Assembly: GCA_964649165.1 (NCBI GenBank)
Contig: CAZYPC010000005.1
Location: 16,533-80,532 of the forward strand
Reading direction: 5' to 3'
DNA: 64,000 nt
Origin: an uncultured Chryseobacterium sp.
GTDB lineage: Bacteria; Bacteroidota; Bacteroidia; Flavobacteriales_F; PHOS-HE28
Shown here: piece after piece, positions 19,192 through 29,264 of the stretch
Numbering within the stretch: the first letter of the stretch is position 1
Layout: each line of letters starts with the position of its first letter
Program-made: the position numbers and the translations under genes
Notes under the pieces: model-generated
The model's input: the letters and a program-made list of their open reading frames with translations, nothing else
What the model was told of the DNA's origin: nothing
The model's database searches: none

Positions 19192-20568
19192 ATGGAAGCG
19201 AAATTGAACACCCGTCTGTTGAGCGCCCTGTTGAGCGCAGCGGTGCTCTTGACGGCGTGCAAGAAGGAGGATGACGACGAGCCGACGGATGAAGGCACGG
19301 ACCCACGCGAGTTCACGGTCACGACGAGCGGCGATGTGAGCACGATCGAGGGCAACAGCGATGTGTCGTTCACCTTCACGAACGACAGGACCTGGGTGCT
19401 GAAAGGCTTCGTGTACGTCGAGAGCGGCGCGACGCTGACCATCCAGCCCGGCACGGTAGTGCGTGGCGACAAGGACACGAAAGGCACGCTGATCATCAAG
19501 CGCGGCGCGATGATCATGGCAGAGGGCACGGCCAGCGAGCCCATCGTCTTCACCAGCAACCAGCCGATCGGCTCGCGCGCAGCGGGCGATTGGGGCGGGC
19601 TGATCATCTGCGGCAAAGCGAAGAGCAACCAGATCGATGATCCCATCGTGGAGGGCGGCGTGGAGGCTTACTACGGTGGCACCAGCGACACTGACAACAG
19701 CGGCATTCTTCGCTACGTCCGTATCGAATTCCCTGGCATTCCCTTCCAGCCCAACCAGGAGATCAACGGTCTCACGTTGGCAGCCGTGGGCCGCGGCACC
19801 ACGATCGATCACATCCAGGTGAGCTTCAGCGGCGATGACAGCTTTGAGTGGTTCGGCGGCAACGTCGACGTGAAATACCTGGTCGCTTACAAAGGCCTGG
19901 ACGACGACTTCGACATGGACAACGGCTACAGCGGTCGCTTCCAGTTCGGTGTGGCCCAGCGCGAGCCCAACACGGCTGACCAGAGCGGCAGCAACGGACT
20001 CGAGCATGACAACGATGCCAACGGCACGACCTCCGAGCCCTTCACCACCCCGGTGATCAGCAACGTCAGCATCTTCGGACCGAAGGCGGACGCGGGCACG
20101 AGCATCAACTCGAACTTCAAGCGCTCGAACCACCTGCGCCGCAACGCGCACACCCGCGTGTTCAACAGCGTGTTCGCCGGCTTCCCGGTTGGCTGCCTGA
20201 TCGATGGCAGCGCGTGCGAGGCCAACTGCGACGCCAACGAGCTCAAGGTGAAGAACTGTGTCTACGGCGGTATGGAAACGTTGACGGCCGTGGCCAGTGG
20301 AAGCACCTGGGACATCACGACGTGGTTCAACAACGGCGGCAATACGAGCTTCGCGACGAACGCGGAACTGGGCGTAACGAACGGCTTCGACCAGAGCACG
20401 CCGGATTTCACCCTCACGGGCGCGTCACCGTTGAACAGCGGAGCTGATTTCAGCGATGGCGACCTTGGCGCGAGCTTCTTCCAGAGCGTGAACTACCGCG
20501 GTGCCTTCGGAACGGACAACTGGACCAGCGGCTGGTGCAACTGGGACCCGCAGAACACGGTCTACTGA
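19192..20568 (+). CDS. Conserved-looking surface lipoprotein of unknown function, partner of the upstream TonB-dependent receptor
   Basis: ATG at 19192 gives MEAKLNTRLLSALLSAAVLLTACKKEDDDE (lipobox). Internal blocks GATLTIQPGTVVRG, GTLIIKRGAMIMAEGTASEPIVFTS and DHIQVSFSGDDSFEWFGG suggest a repetitive beta-rich fold. Not SusD-like. Confidence 0.7.
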   Translation: MEAKLNTRLLSALLSAAVLLTACKKEDDDEPTDEGTDPREFTVTTSGDVSTIEGNSDVSFTFTNDRTWVLKGFVYVESGATLTIQPGTVVRGDKDTKGTLIIKRGAMIMAEGTASEPIVFTSNQPIGSRAAGDWGGLIICGKAKSNQIDDPIVEGGVEAYYGGTSDTDNSGILRYVRIEFPGIPFQPNQEINGLTLAAVGRGTTIDHIQVSFSGDDSFEWFGGNVDVKYLVAYKGLDDDFDMDNGYSGRFQFGVAQREPNTADQSGSNGLEHDNDANGTTSEPFTTPVISNVSIFGPKADAGTSINSNFKRSNHLRRNAHTRVFNSVFAGFPVGCLIDGSACEANCDANELKVKNCVYGGMETLTAVASGSTWDITTWFNNGGNTSFATNAELGVTNGFDQSTPDFTLTGASPLNSGADFSDGDLGASFFQSVNYRGAFGTDNWTSGWCNWDPQNTVY

Positions 20569-20645
20569 GCGTTTGGCGACCCCGGAAACCGGATCCGTTC
20601 CGGTGCATCCGGGCCCGGCCGCAAGGCTGGACTCAGTATGCGCGG

Positions 20646-20668
20646 AAGGCTCCTTCGGGGGCCTTTCG
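20646..20668. terminator. Hairpin between convergent genes (possible bidirectional terminator)
   Basis: gaaggctcc-ttcg-ggggccttt(c) stem-loop, with G-U pairs, located between the stop of the lipoprotein gene (20568) and the stop of the YqaA-like gene (20674). Confidence 0.35.
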
Positions 20669-20673
20669 CCGTT

Positions 20674-21144
20674 CTACCAGAGTCCTTTGCGGATCAAGGC
20701 TAGCACCACGGAATAGCGCGCGCACTTTCCCAGGAACATCAGGATCGTGCTCGGCAGGAAGGGTGCCCGGAAAAGTCCAAGCGCGATCGCCAACGGATCA
20801 CCGACCACCGGCAACCAGCAGAGCAGGGCCGCCCATGCACCGCGCTTCCGCACGAACGCATGCCAACGCCGCGCCTTGTCCGGTTCGATGCGCAGCAGCC
20901 GGAATGTTCGCTCCTCCGGTATCCACCGTCCAAGGGCATAGTTGGTGAGACCGCCAAGGGTATTGCCCACAGAAGCAACCAACAACAATGAGCTTGTTGA
21001 CCAGTCACCAGCGGCCATGGCCACCAGCAACAACTCCGAACTGAAGGGCAGGATGGTCGCGGCCAGGAACGCCGCGAGGAACAAGCCCCACAAGCCCCAT
21101 GCTTCCCATCCGGATCCGATCTCCATGGCGTACGGTTGGCGCAA
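20674..21144 (-). CDS. YqaA/DedA-superfamily small integral membrane protein
   Basis: 156 aa with 4 predicted TM segments. N-terminal block GLWGLFLAAFLAATILPFSSELLLVAM and C-terminal LGKCARY are typical of YqaA-like proteins. Confidence 0.7.
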   Translation of the reverse strand: MRQPYAMEIGSGWEAWGLWGLFLAAFLAATILPFSSELLLVAMAAGDWSTSSLLLVASVGNTLGGLTNYALGRWIPEERTFRLLRIEPDKARRWHAFVRKRGAWAALLCWLPVVGDPLAIALGLFRAPFLPSTILMFLGKCARYSVVLALIRKGLW

Positions 21145-21197
21145 AGGTGCCCTCGGATCGGCACGCGATCGGGAATACCTTGGCGCAAACCACCCGG

Positions 21198-21878
21198 ATG
21201 AGAACCCCGCCCCTCCTTCTGTTCACCCTTTACGGCCTGCTAGCCACTGCGCAGTCGGATGATTGGCAGGGCAACCTTGGCGGAGGTGTTGGTATCAGCA
21301 TCCCCACGGGAGAATTCGAGCAGACCCTCGGCAAGAACATGTTTCTGGTCGATGCCCACCTGGCCTTTCCGCTGGGGCGCATTCCGGTAGTGCAGGGCGG
21401 TTTCGCGTTCGGATACAGCCGGATGGGTCAGAACGAACGGACGGTGCCCATCACCACGGACTATGCGGGTGTCACGGAAGGCACGTTGACCACGAACAGC
21501 AAGGTGTTCAGCTATCACCCGCTCCTGCGATTGAGTCCGCTGCAAGGGCGCGTACGCCCCTACGTCGATGCGATGGCGGGCTTCCGGCAGTTCAGCACCA
21601 CGAGCAAGGTGACCGCTGAGGGCGTCGAGGAGAACATCAGCAAGGAGCGCAACGAAACGGATATCGCCTTCAGCACGGGTTGGGCGGCCGGCCTGATGTT
21701 CGCCCTGGGCGACCACGCGTATGTGGAAGCGCGCGTGGAACGCTTCGATAGCGGGGAAGCCACCTATGTGGACCCGGAGAGCGTGACGGTGAGCGACCAG
21801 GGCGCGGTGGGCTTCAGTACGTTCACCAGCAACACCGATGTGACCAACGTGATGGTGGGAATCGGAGTGTGCTTTTGA
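21198..21878 (+). CDS. Small outer-membrane beta-barrel protein
   Basis: ATG at 21198 gives the signal peptide MRTPPLLLFTLYGLLATAQS. Alternating amphipathic strands. C-terminal VMVGIGVCF ends in Phe. Confidence 0.7.
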   Translation: MRTPPLLLFTLYGLLATAQSDDWQGNLGGGVGISIPTGEFEQTLGKNMFLVDAHLAFPLGRIPVVQGGFAFGYSRMGQNERTVPITTDYAGVTEGTLTTNSKVFSYHPLLRLSPLQGRVRPYVDAMAGFRQFSTTSKVTAEGVEENISKERNETDIAFSTGWAAGLMFALGDHAYVEARVERFDSGEATYVDPESVTVSDQGAVGFSTFTSNTDVTNVMVGIGVCF

Positions 21879-22007
21879 CCTCGTTTGACCGCCTCCAAAC
21901 GGTTATCCGGGACTTCGTAATGTGTTGGTAACACGCTGAAAAGCCGGTGACAGGACGGCTGAGGTCCCTTCGTGCGCCCTCTAAACTTGCGCAGCGAACC
22001 ATAGCAC

Positions 22008-23537
22008 GTGGAAGGCGGGAAGCGGATCGGCAGCGCGCTGATATCGGTATATCACAAAGACGGTCTTGATGCGATCGTCCGCGAGCTCCACCGCCTGAAT
22101 GTGCATCTGTACAGCACGGGCGGCACACAGGAGTTCATCGAGGGGCTGGGCATTCCGGTCACTCCGGTAGAGGACCTGACGAGCTACCCGAGCATACTGG
22201 GTGGGAGGGTGAAAACACTCCATCCGAAGGTGTTCGGGGGCATTCTCGGCCGCCGCGATCTGGCGAGCGATGTGGCCCAATTGGAGGAGTATGCCATCCC
22301 GCCCATCGACCTGGTGATCGTCGACCTCTATCCGTTCGAAGCGACCGTGGCTGCCGGAGGGACCGAGCAGGCGATCATCGAGAAGATCGACATCGGCGGC
22401 ATCAGCCTGATCCGGGCCGGAGCGAAGAACCACGCGGATGTGGCCATCGTCGCCTCACAAGCCCAATACCCCGAGTTATTGCGCCTGCTCACCGAACAGG
22501 ACGGCACGACCAGCCTGGCGCAACGCAAGCGCCTGGCCGCACAGGCCTTCGGGGTAAGCTCCCACTACGACAGTGCCATCCACAACTGGTTCGCGGGCAC
22601 CGAAGGAGACCTGCGCCTCAGTGCAGGGCCGGTCAATGGGCTCCGATACGGGGAGAACCCCCACCAACCGGCCGCCTTTTTCGGGGACCTGAAGGGGCTT
22701 TTCGACCAGCTCAACGGGAAAGAGCTCAGCTACAACAACCTGTTGGACCTGGACGCCGCGTTGGAGCTGATCGATGACATGGCCACCCTCGGCGGCGTGG
22801 CGTTCGCGATCCTGAAGCACAACAACGCCTGCGGTGCCGCAGTGCGTGCGACACTCAAGGAAGCTTGGGACGCTGCACTGGCCGGAGACCCGGTGAGCGC
22901 CTTCGGTGGCGTGCTCATCACCACGGCTCGCATCGACAAGACCACTGCTGAGGCGATCGACGCGATCTTCTTCGAGATCATCTGCGCCCCGGGTTACGAT
23001 GCCGATGCGTTGGGGATCCTGCGCAAGAAGAAGAACCGGATCATCCTGGACCGCCGGGCTTTTACCCGGCCTACCAGAAGATTCCGGAGCGCGTTGAACG
23101 GTATCCTGGCGCAGGCCCCGGACACCGTGATCGATACCGCCGCCAACATGCGGGTCGCCACAAAGAAGTCACCGACGGCTCAGGAACATGCCGATCAGGT
23201 CTTCGCGAACATCCTGGTAAAGCACACCAAGAGCAACGCCATCGTGCTGGCCAAGGATGGTCGATTGTTGGCCAGTGGCACCGGCCAGACCAGCCGTGTG
23301 GACGCCTTGGAGCAGGCCATCGCGAAGGCGGGCAAGTTCAATTCCGATCTGAAAGGCGCCGTCATGGCGAGCGACGCTTTTTTCCCATTCCCGGATTGCG
23401 TGACCATCGCGGCGAACGCGGGGATCACGGCGATCGTACAACCCGGCGGGAGCATCAAGGACCAGGAGAGCATCGATGCGGCGGACGCACTTGGCGTGGC
23501 CATGAGCATGACCGGAAACCGGCATTTCAAACACTGA
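22008..23537 (+). CDS. purH: Bifunctional AICAR transformylase / IMP cyclohydrolase
   Basis: 509 aa. GTG start at 22008. ALISVYHKDGL, GGTQEFI, HPKVFGGIL, LYPF, DIGGISLIRAGAKNH and the C-terminal TGNRHFKH are diagnostic PurH blocks. Confidence 0.95.
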   Translation: MEGGKRIGSALISVYHKDGLDAIVRELHRLNVHLYSTGGTQEFIEGLGIPVTPVEDLTSYPSILGGRVKTLHPKVFGGILGRRDLASDVAQLEEYAIPPIDLVIVDLYPFEATVAAGGTEQAIIEKIDIGGISLIRAGAKNHADVAIVASQAQYPELLRLLTEQDGTTSLAQRKRLAAQAFGVSSHYDSAIHNWFAGTEGDLRLSAGPVNGLRYGENPHQPAAFFGDLKGLFDQLNGKELSYNNLLDLDAALELIDDMATLGGVAFAILKHNNACGAAVRATLKEAWDAALAGDPVSAFGGVLITTARIDKTTAEAIDAIFFEIICAPGYDADALGILRKKKNRIILDRRAFTRPTRRFRSALNGILAQAPDTVIDTAANMRVATKKSPTAQEHADQVFANILVKHTKSNAIVLAKDGRLLASGTGQTSRVDALEQAIAKAGKFNSDLKGAVMASDAFFPFPDCVTIAANAGITAIVQPGGSIKDQESIDAADALGVAMSMTGNRHFKH

Positions 23538-23550
23538 ACAACACCAGAGC

Positions 23551-24579
23551 ATGAGCTGGTTCAACAGTTTTTTCACCCAGGAGATCGCGATCGATCTGGG
23601 CACGGCCAACACGCTGATCATCCACAACGACAAGGTGGTGGTGGACGAGCCGAGCATCGTAGCGGTGGACCGCACCACGGGGCGGGTGATCGCCATCGGC
23701 CGGGCGGCGCAGCAAATGCACGGGAAGACCCACGAGAACATCAAGACGGTGCGGCCCTTGCGCGATGGGGTGATCGCGGACTTCCAGGCGGCGGAGGAAA
23801 TGATCAAGGGCATGATCCGCATGCTCACCCCGGGCCGGCGGTTGTTCACCCCGAACCTGCGCATGGTGATCTGCATCCCCAGCGGCATCACGGAGGTGGA
23901 GAAGCGCGCGGTAAAGGACAGCGCCGAACACGCCGGGGCGAAGGAGGTCTACCTCATCCACGAGCCGATGGCCGCCGCGATCGGGATCGGGATCGACGTG
24001 GAAGAGCCGATGGGCAACATGATCATCGACATCGGCGGCGGCACCAGCGAGATCGCGGTGATCGCCTTGGGTGGCATCGTGTGCGACAAGAACATCCGTG
24101 TGGCAGGAGATGAGTTCACCCAGGACATCGAGGAATACATGCGCCGCCAGCACAACATCCTCGTGGGCGAGCGCACCGCTGAAACGATCAAGATCGAGGT
24201 CGGCAGCGCGATGACCGAACTCGACAGCCCGCCCCCCGACTATGCCGTTCGTGGTCGCGACCTCATGACCGGCATCCCGAAGGAGATCACGGTCACCTAC
24301 AGCGAGATCGCGCAGGCGCTCGACAAGTCGATCAGCAAGATCGAGGAGGCCATCCTCAGCGCGCTGGAAAGCACCCCGCCCGAACTGAGCGCGGATATCT
24401 ACAAGACAGGCATCTACCTGGCCGGTGGTGGGGCCCTGTTGCGCGGTCTCGACAAGCGCATAAGCGTGAAGACGAAACTCCCGGTCCACGTGAGCGAGGA
24501 CCCGCTCCGCGCCGTGGCGCGCGGAACAGGCATCGCTCTGAAGAACATCGACCGCTTCCAGTTCCTCATGAGGGAGTGA
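23551..24579 (+). CDS. mreB: Rod-shape-determining actin-like protein MreB
   Basis: 342 aa. IAIDLGTANTLI, PLRDGVIADF, EPMAAAIG, DIGGGTSEIAVI and LAGGGALLRGLD. Confidence 0.97.
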   Translation: MSWFNSFFTQEIAIDLGTANTLIIHNDKVVVDEPSIVAVDRTTGRVIAIGRAAQQMHGKTHENIKTVRPLRDGVIADFQAAEEMIKGMIRMLTPGRRLFTPNLRMVICIPSGITEVEKRAVKDSAEHAGAKEVYLIHEPMAAAIGIGIDVEEPMGNMIIDIGGGTSEIAVIALGGIVCDKNIRVAGDEFTQDIEEYMRRQHNILVGERTAETIKIEVGSAMTELDSPPPDYAVRGRDLMTGIPKEITVTYSEIAQALDKSISKIEEAILSALESTPPELSADIYKTGIYLAGGGALLRGLDKRISVKTKLPVHVSEDPLRAVARGTGIALKNIDRFQFLMRE

Positions 24580-24661
24580 CACGTGGCGGGTGTTGAGCGG
24601 CTGGTGCCCAGCGCACGCTGCCGATCACCACTTGCCGCTCACCACTCGCGACCCCAGCGAG

Positions 24662-25489
24662 ATGCGCGACCTCTTCCGCTTCCTCCTCCGCCAGAGCAAC
24701 AACCTGCTCTTCCTGCTGCTTCTCACGATCGGTCTGTCCATGACGATCAATGGGAACATGCACCAGCGCGCGGAGTGGATCAGCAGCAGTAACGCAGCGG
24801 TGGCGCGCGTGTACACCTGGCGCAACGGCGTGATGGAGTTCGCGAACCTCCGCCAGATCAACCTTGATCTGAACGAGGCGCTGGCCGAGGAGCGGGCGCA
24901 CAACACCTCGATCATCGTGAGCCACGACAGCGGAGCGATCAAGATGGACACGGTGCGCCAGCTTCGCTACCGTTTCCGCACCGCTCAAGTGATCAACAGC
25001 ACGACGCACAAGGCCAAGAACTACCTCACGCTCGACAAGGGCACGCTGGACGGCGTGGAGCGCAACATGGGCGTGATCGGCGCGAAGGGCATCGTGGGTG
25101 TCGTGCGGGAAGCGAGCGCGCATTTCGCGTCGGTGATCAGTGTGTTGAACGAGGACCACATGGCCAGTGCACAATTGCTCAACACGAAGCATTTCGGCCT
25201 GTTGCGGTGGGATACGAACGACCCGTACACGGTTTCGCTCGCCGACATCGACAAGCATGTTCCGGTGCACAAAGGCGACACGGTGATCACGCGCGGGAGC
25301 GAAGGCGTTTATCCACCTGGTATCCTTATCGGCGTGGTGGACAGCGTCGGCCGGGATCCGGGCATCCCTTTCCATGTGATCACGGTGCGGCTCAGTGAAG
25401 ACCTGACCCGGGCGGACCACGTGCAGGTGGTGAGCGACCTCATGCGCGCCGAGCGCGATTCACTCGAATCAACGGCACCGCAGGAATGA
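24662..25489 (+). CDS. mreC: Rod-shape-determining protein MreC
   Basis: ATG at 24662 (MRDLFRFLLRQSNNLLFLLLL, a TM anchor). Coiled-coil segment and a beta-rich C-terminal region (GDTVITRGSEGVYPPGILIGVV). Lies between mreB and mreD. Confidence 0.85.
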   Translation: MRDLFRFLLRQSNNLLFLLLLTIGLSMTINGNMHQRAEWISSSNAAVARVYTWRNGVMEFANLRQINLDLNEALAEERAHNTSIIVSHDSGAIKMDTVRQLRYRFRTAQVINSTTHKAKNYLTLDKGTLDGVERNMGVIGAKGIVGVVREASAHFASVISVLNEDHMASAQLLNTKHFGLLRWDTNDPYTVSLADIDKHVPVHKGDTVITRGSEGVYPPGILIGVVDSVGRDPGIPFHVITVRLSEDLTRADHVQVVSDLMRAERDSLESTAPQE

Positions 25490-26013
25490 TCGGCGTCGTG
25501 GTCTCCAACCTGGCCCGCTTCATCGTACTGGTGTTGGTGCAGGTGCTGCTGGTCGATCACATCGATCTGGCCAATGGCTGGGTGGTGCCGTACATCTATG
25601 TGTTGTTCCTTTTGATGCTGCCCCTGGGTATCGCGCACTGGGAGGCTTTGCTCGTGGGCTTCGGCACGGGACTGGTCATGGACCTTTTCAGCAATACGCC
25701 GGGGATGCACACCGTGGCCTGCACCGTGATGATGTACGCCAGAGCCCTCATGCTGAGAGCGCTGGCGCCACGGGAAGGGTTCGACCCCATGGACCGGGCC
25801 ACGATCGGACATATGGGCCTGGCTTGGTTCGTCACGTACGCGGGCGTGCTCATTCTGCTGCACCACCTGGCACTGTTCTTTCTGGAGGTGTACCGGTTCT
25901 CTGACTTCCTGAGCACCTTCGCCCGCGCGATCGGAAGTTCCGCGGCCACCCTGGTGCTGTGCCTCCTGGCACAACTGCTCACTTCCCGCCCGCCCCGCTC
26001 CCGCGCCCGATGA
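25486..26013 (+). CDS. mreD: Rod-shape-determining protein MreD
   Basis: 175-aa polytopic membrane protein. ATGA overlap with mreC (25486-25489) and with mrdA (26010-26013). Assigned by position in the mre operon. Confidence 0.75.
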   Translation: MIGVVVSNLARFIVLVLVQVLLVDHIDLANGWVVPYIYVLFLLMLPLGIAHWEALLVGFGTGLVMDLFSNTPGMHTVACTVMMYARALMLRALAPREGFDPMDRATIGHMGLAWFVTYAGVLILLHHLALFFLEVYRFSDFLSTFARAIGSSAATLVLCLLAQLLTSRPPRSRAR

Positions 26014-27860
26014 ACTTCGACGATCGCCGGTACGTCCTGGTCGCTGCGGTGATCCTTATCTGCGTGGTCTTCGTTCTGCGCCTTTTCTGGATCCAAGTGG
26101 TGGACGACAGCTGGACCGCACGTGCGGCGGACATCAGCGAGCGCAAGATCACCGTGTTCCCCTCGCGGGGGCTGGTTTACGACCGTCGCGGCGAACTGCT
26201 CGTGGCCAATACGCCGGTGTACGACATCCTCGTGGTGCCAAGAGAAGTGAAGCCCTTCGACACGCTGGCGCTCGCGGAGCTGGTTGGCGTGACACCGCTC
26301 GACGTGCGTGAGCGGTTGAAGAAAGCGAAGCTCTATTCCGGCTACAAACCAAGCGAGTTCGAGAAGCAGGTGACCGCTGATCAATTCGCGGCCATCTCAT
26401 TGCACCTGCACAAGTACCCGGGGTTCTACGCGCAGAGCCGCACGTTACGCACGTACCCGCAACGCATCGGCGCGCACATGCTCGGGTACCTGAGCGAAGT
26501 GGACGCGAAAAAGGTGGCAGCTGACCCTTACTACCGCAGCGGTGACGTGATCGGCGTGGGCGGCCTGGAGCAGTATTACGAGCCCGCGTTGCGCGGCCGG
26601 AGGGGTGTGAAGTACGTGGTGGTCGACGTGCACAACAACATCCAGGGAGCTTACAAGAACGGGCAGTACGATACGCTCGCCTACGAAGGCAAGAACCTCT
26701 ACACGAGCATCGACGCACGTATGCAGGCTTACGGGGAACGCCTCATGCAGCACAAGAAGGGCAGCATCGTGGCCATCGACCCGAAGACCGGCGGCATCCT
26801 GGCCCTGGTGACCAGTCCCGGCTACGACCCTGAGCTGCTGGTGGGCCGCGTCCGCAACCAGAACTACAAGGTGCTGCAACAGGACTCGTTGAAGCCGCTT
26901 TTCGACCGCGCGATGCAAGCGCAGTACCCACCGGGATCCATTTTCAAGATCGTACAGACCTTGACGGCCCTTCAGGAGGGCGTGATCACGCCGGAAACCG
27001 GCTTTCCTTGTGTCAAGTCGCTGGTCGGCTGCCACAACCATCCGAACGCATCGGACGTGGTGCACGCCATCCAGTACTCATGCAATCCCTATTTCTACCA
27101 GGTGTTCAAGCGCGAGATCGAGCAGAACAAGGTGCCGAACCGCTTCAAAGACGCGGCGCTGGGCCTGGAGGAGTGGGAACCGTACATCCGCAGTTTCGGC
27201 CTGGGCCAGCGGCCGGCCATCGACCTGCCATCCGCCAAAGGAGGTCGCGTGCCCAACGTCGCCTACTACGACAAACGTTATGGAAAGGAGGCTTGGGCGT
27301 TCAGCACCATCTTTTCCGTGAGCATCGGGCAGGGCGAGGTGGAGGTCGTACCGCTCCAGATGGCGAACCTCGCCGCCACCTTCGCGAACCGCGGCTGGTA
27401 CATCGACCCGCATATCGTAACGGCCGTGGGCGAACCGGACAGTCTGACGGAATGGGAGCGCCACAAGACGCTGGTGGATGACCACTGGTTCGACCTGGTG
27501 GTCGAAGGCATGCGCCGCGTGACGGAAGAGGCCGGTGGCACGGCCAAGGGAGCGCGGATCCCTGGCGTCACCGTTTGTGGGAAGACGGGTACCGCGCAGA
27601 ACCCGCACGGAAAGGACCACGCGGTGTTCATCTGCTTCGCGCCGATGGAAGACCCGAAGATCGCGATGGCGGTCTACGTGGAGAACAGCGGTTTCGGCGG
27701 CACATGGGCTGCACCGATCGCGAGCTTGCTGATGGAGCAGTACCTCACCGACACCATCACGCGTCCTGAGGTGGAGAAGCGGATGCTCGAAGCAGACCTC
27801 ATCGCGGACGAGAAGAACTACAGGCCTTTCGTAAGCAAGGCGCATCCCCGCCGCCGATGA
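26010..27860 (+). CDS. mrdA: Penicillin-binding protein 2 (elongasome transpeptidase)
   Basis: ATG at 26010 (MNFDDRRYVLVAAVILICVVF). Transpeptidase motifs SxxK (GSIFKIV), SxN (SCNPYF) and KTG (GKTGTAQ). Confidence 0.93.
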   Translation: MNFDDRRYVLVAAVILICVVFVLRLFWIQVVDDSWTARAADISERKITVFPSRGLVYDRRGELLVANTPVYDILVVPREVKPFDTLALAELVGVTPLDVRERLKKAKLYSGYKPSEFEKQVTADQFAAISLHLHKYPGFYAQSRTLRTYPQRIGAHMLGYLSEVDAKKVAADPYYRSGDVIGVGGLEQYYEPALRGRRGVKYVVVDVHNNIQGAYKNGQYDTLAYEGKNLYTSIDARMQAYGERLMQHKKGSIVAIDPKTGGILALVTSPGYDPELLVGRVRNQNYKVLQQDSLKPLFDRAMQAQYPPGSIFKIVQTLTALQEGVITPETGFPCVKSLVGCHNHPNASDVVHAIQYSCNPYFYQVFKREIEQNKVPNRFKDAALGLEEWEPYIRSFGLGQRPAIDLPSAKGGRVPNVAYYDKRYGKEAWAFSTIFSVSIGQGEVEVVPLQMANLAATFANRGWYIDPHIVTAVGEPDSLTEWERHKTLVDDHWFDLVVEGMRRVTEEAGGTAKGARIPGVTVCGKTGTAQNPHGKDHAVFICFAPMEDPKIAMAVYVENSGFGGTWAAPIASLLMEQYLTDTITRPEVEKRMLEADLIADEKNYRPFVSKAHPRRR

Positions 27861-29182
27861 ACGCCGTACGGGACAGCATCCGGTCGAACGTCGATCGCCC
27901 TCTGGTGATCGTCTACCTGGTCCTGCTTTTCATGGGCTGGGCGAACATTTACAGCGCGGCCTACAACCCGGATCACCCGAACCTCTTCGATACGAAGATG
28001 GAATACGGGAACCAGAGCGTTTGGATCGTGGTATGCCTGGTGCTGGGTTCGGCGATGATGATGGTGCGCGGGGACTTCATCAAGGACATGGCGTTGCCGG
28101 CCTACGGGTTCGTGCTGCTGCTGCTCGCGCTCGTGCCCGTGCTCGGCAAGGAGGTCGGGGGCAACACCAACTGGCTGCAGTTGGGTCCCGTGCGCATACA
28201 GCCCAGCGAGTTCGCCAAGTTCACCACGGCACTGGTGCTCACGCATTACCTGAGCGGTCTGAAATCCTTCAGCGGCCTGCAGGCCCGTGCGATCGCCACG
28301 CTCATCATCGCCGCGCCCGTTGGCCTCATCCTGCTCGGCAAGGACGTTGGCACGGCGCTCACCTTCGGTGCTTTCATCCTTGTGCTGTACCGGGAGGGTC
28401 TCTCGGGCAACATCCTGCTGCTGGCCATCGGCGTGGCGATCCTGGCAGTGCTTGCGCTCATCATGCGTGGCTCGATGTTCCACATCCCCTTCTGGGGGAA
28501 GGAGATCAGTGGTCAGTACTTCCTCATCGGACTGATCGCAGTCGTCTGCCTTGCGGCCTTCTGGTTCGTTTCACGCTTCGTGCTCAAGCGTGCGCGCAGG
28601 CGGCTCTATGGCTTCATAGCGTTCACCTTGATCGGCTCCGCGGTCTTCATCAGCGGTTTTGACTTCGTCTACCAGAACATGCTGTCGGAGCGCCACCGCA
28701 CCCGAATCGGTGTGACGCTGGGACTGGTCTACGATCCACAGGGGCTGGGGTACAACGCCGAACAGAGCAAGACGGCCATCGGCAGCGGCGGCGTGATCGG
28801 CAAAGGCTATCTCCAGGGGACCTTTACCAAGTACAAGTACGTGCCGGAGCAGCAGACGGACTTCATTTTCTGCACCGTGGGTGAAGAGTGGGGATTCCTG
28901 GGCACCACGTTGATCGTCGTTCTGTTCGGTGCGCTGATACTGCGGTGCATCCAGATCGGAGAACGGCAGCGATCGAGGTTCACACGGATCTACGCGTACT
29001 GTGTGGCGAGCATATTTTTCCTGCACCTGATGATCAACGTGGGCATGGCGATCGGCCTGGCCCCGGTGATCGGCATTCCCCTGCCGCTGTTCAGCTATGG
29101 CGGCAGTTCATTGTTCGGCTTCACGCTGTTGCTGGGAACACTCCTACGGTTGGATGCCGAGCGGTTGAGCCAGTTGCGCTAG
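27857..29182 (+). CDS. rodA: Rod-shape-determining SEDS glycosyltransferase RodA
   Basis: 441 aa, polytopic. The blocks QPSEFAK, TDFIF and PLPLFSYGGSS are typical of FtsW/RodA/SpoVE. ATGA overlap with mrdA. Confidence 0.93.
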   Translation: MNAVRDSIRSNVDRPLVIVYLVLLFMGWANIYSAAYNPDHPNLFDTKMEYGNQSVWIVVCLVLGSAMMMVRGDFIKDMALPAYGFVLLLLALVPVLGKEVGGNTNWLQLGPVRIQPSEFAKFTTALVLTHYLSGLKSFSGLQARAIATLIIAAPVGLILLGKDVGTALTFGAFILVLYREGLSGNILLLAIGVAILAVLALIMRGSMFHIPFWGKEISGQYFLIGLIAVVCLAAFWFVSRFVLKRARRRLYGFIAFTLIGSAVFISGFDFVYQNMLSERHRTRIGVTLGLVYDPQGLGYNAEQSKTAIGSGGVIGKGYLQGTFTKYKYVPEQQTDFIFCTVGEEWGFLGTTLIVVLFGALILRCIQIGERQRSRFTRIYAYCVASIFFLHLMINVGMAIGLAPVIGIPLPLFSYGGSSLFGFTLLLGTLLRLDAERLSQLR

Positions 29183-29214
29183 GTCCCATCGCGTTCGTCC
29201 AAGGTCCTGGAAAA

Positions 29215-29242
29215 GGAACGGGGCACCGAAGCGCCCCGTTCC
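29215..29242. terminator. Strong GC hairpin between convergent rodA and the PPIase gene (bidirectional terminator candidate)
   Basis: ggaacggggc-accgaagc-gccccgttcc, a perfect 10-bp stem, centred in the 82-nt gap between the two convergent stops. Confidence 0.6.
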
Positions 29243-29264
29243 TGGAAGTCGTTGCTCCGGTAGC

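Noticed and set aside
21879-22007. ZTP (pfl) riboswitch upstream of purH
   Set aside because: purH is a classic ZTP-regulated gene, but the leader lacks the conserved 3' CCGCCTGGGC pseudoknot element in the right position. A CCGCCT occurs only at the 5' end and without the partner helices. An Infernal search would be decisive.
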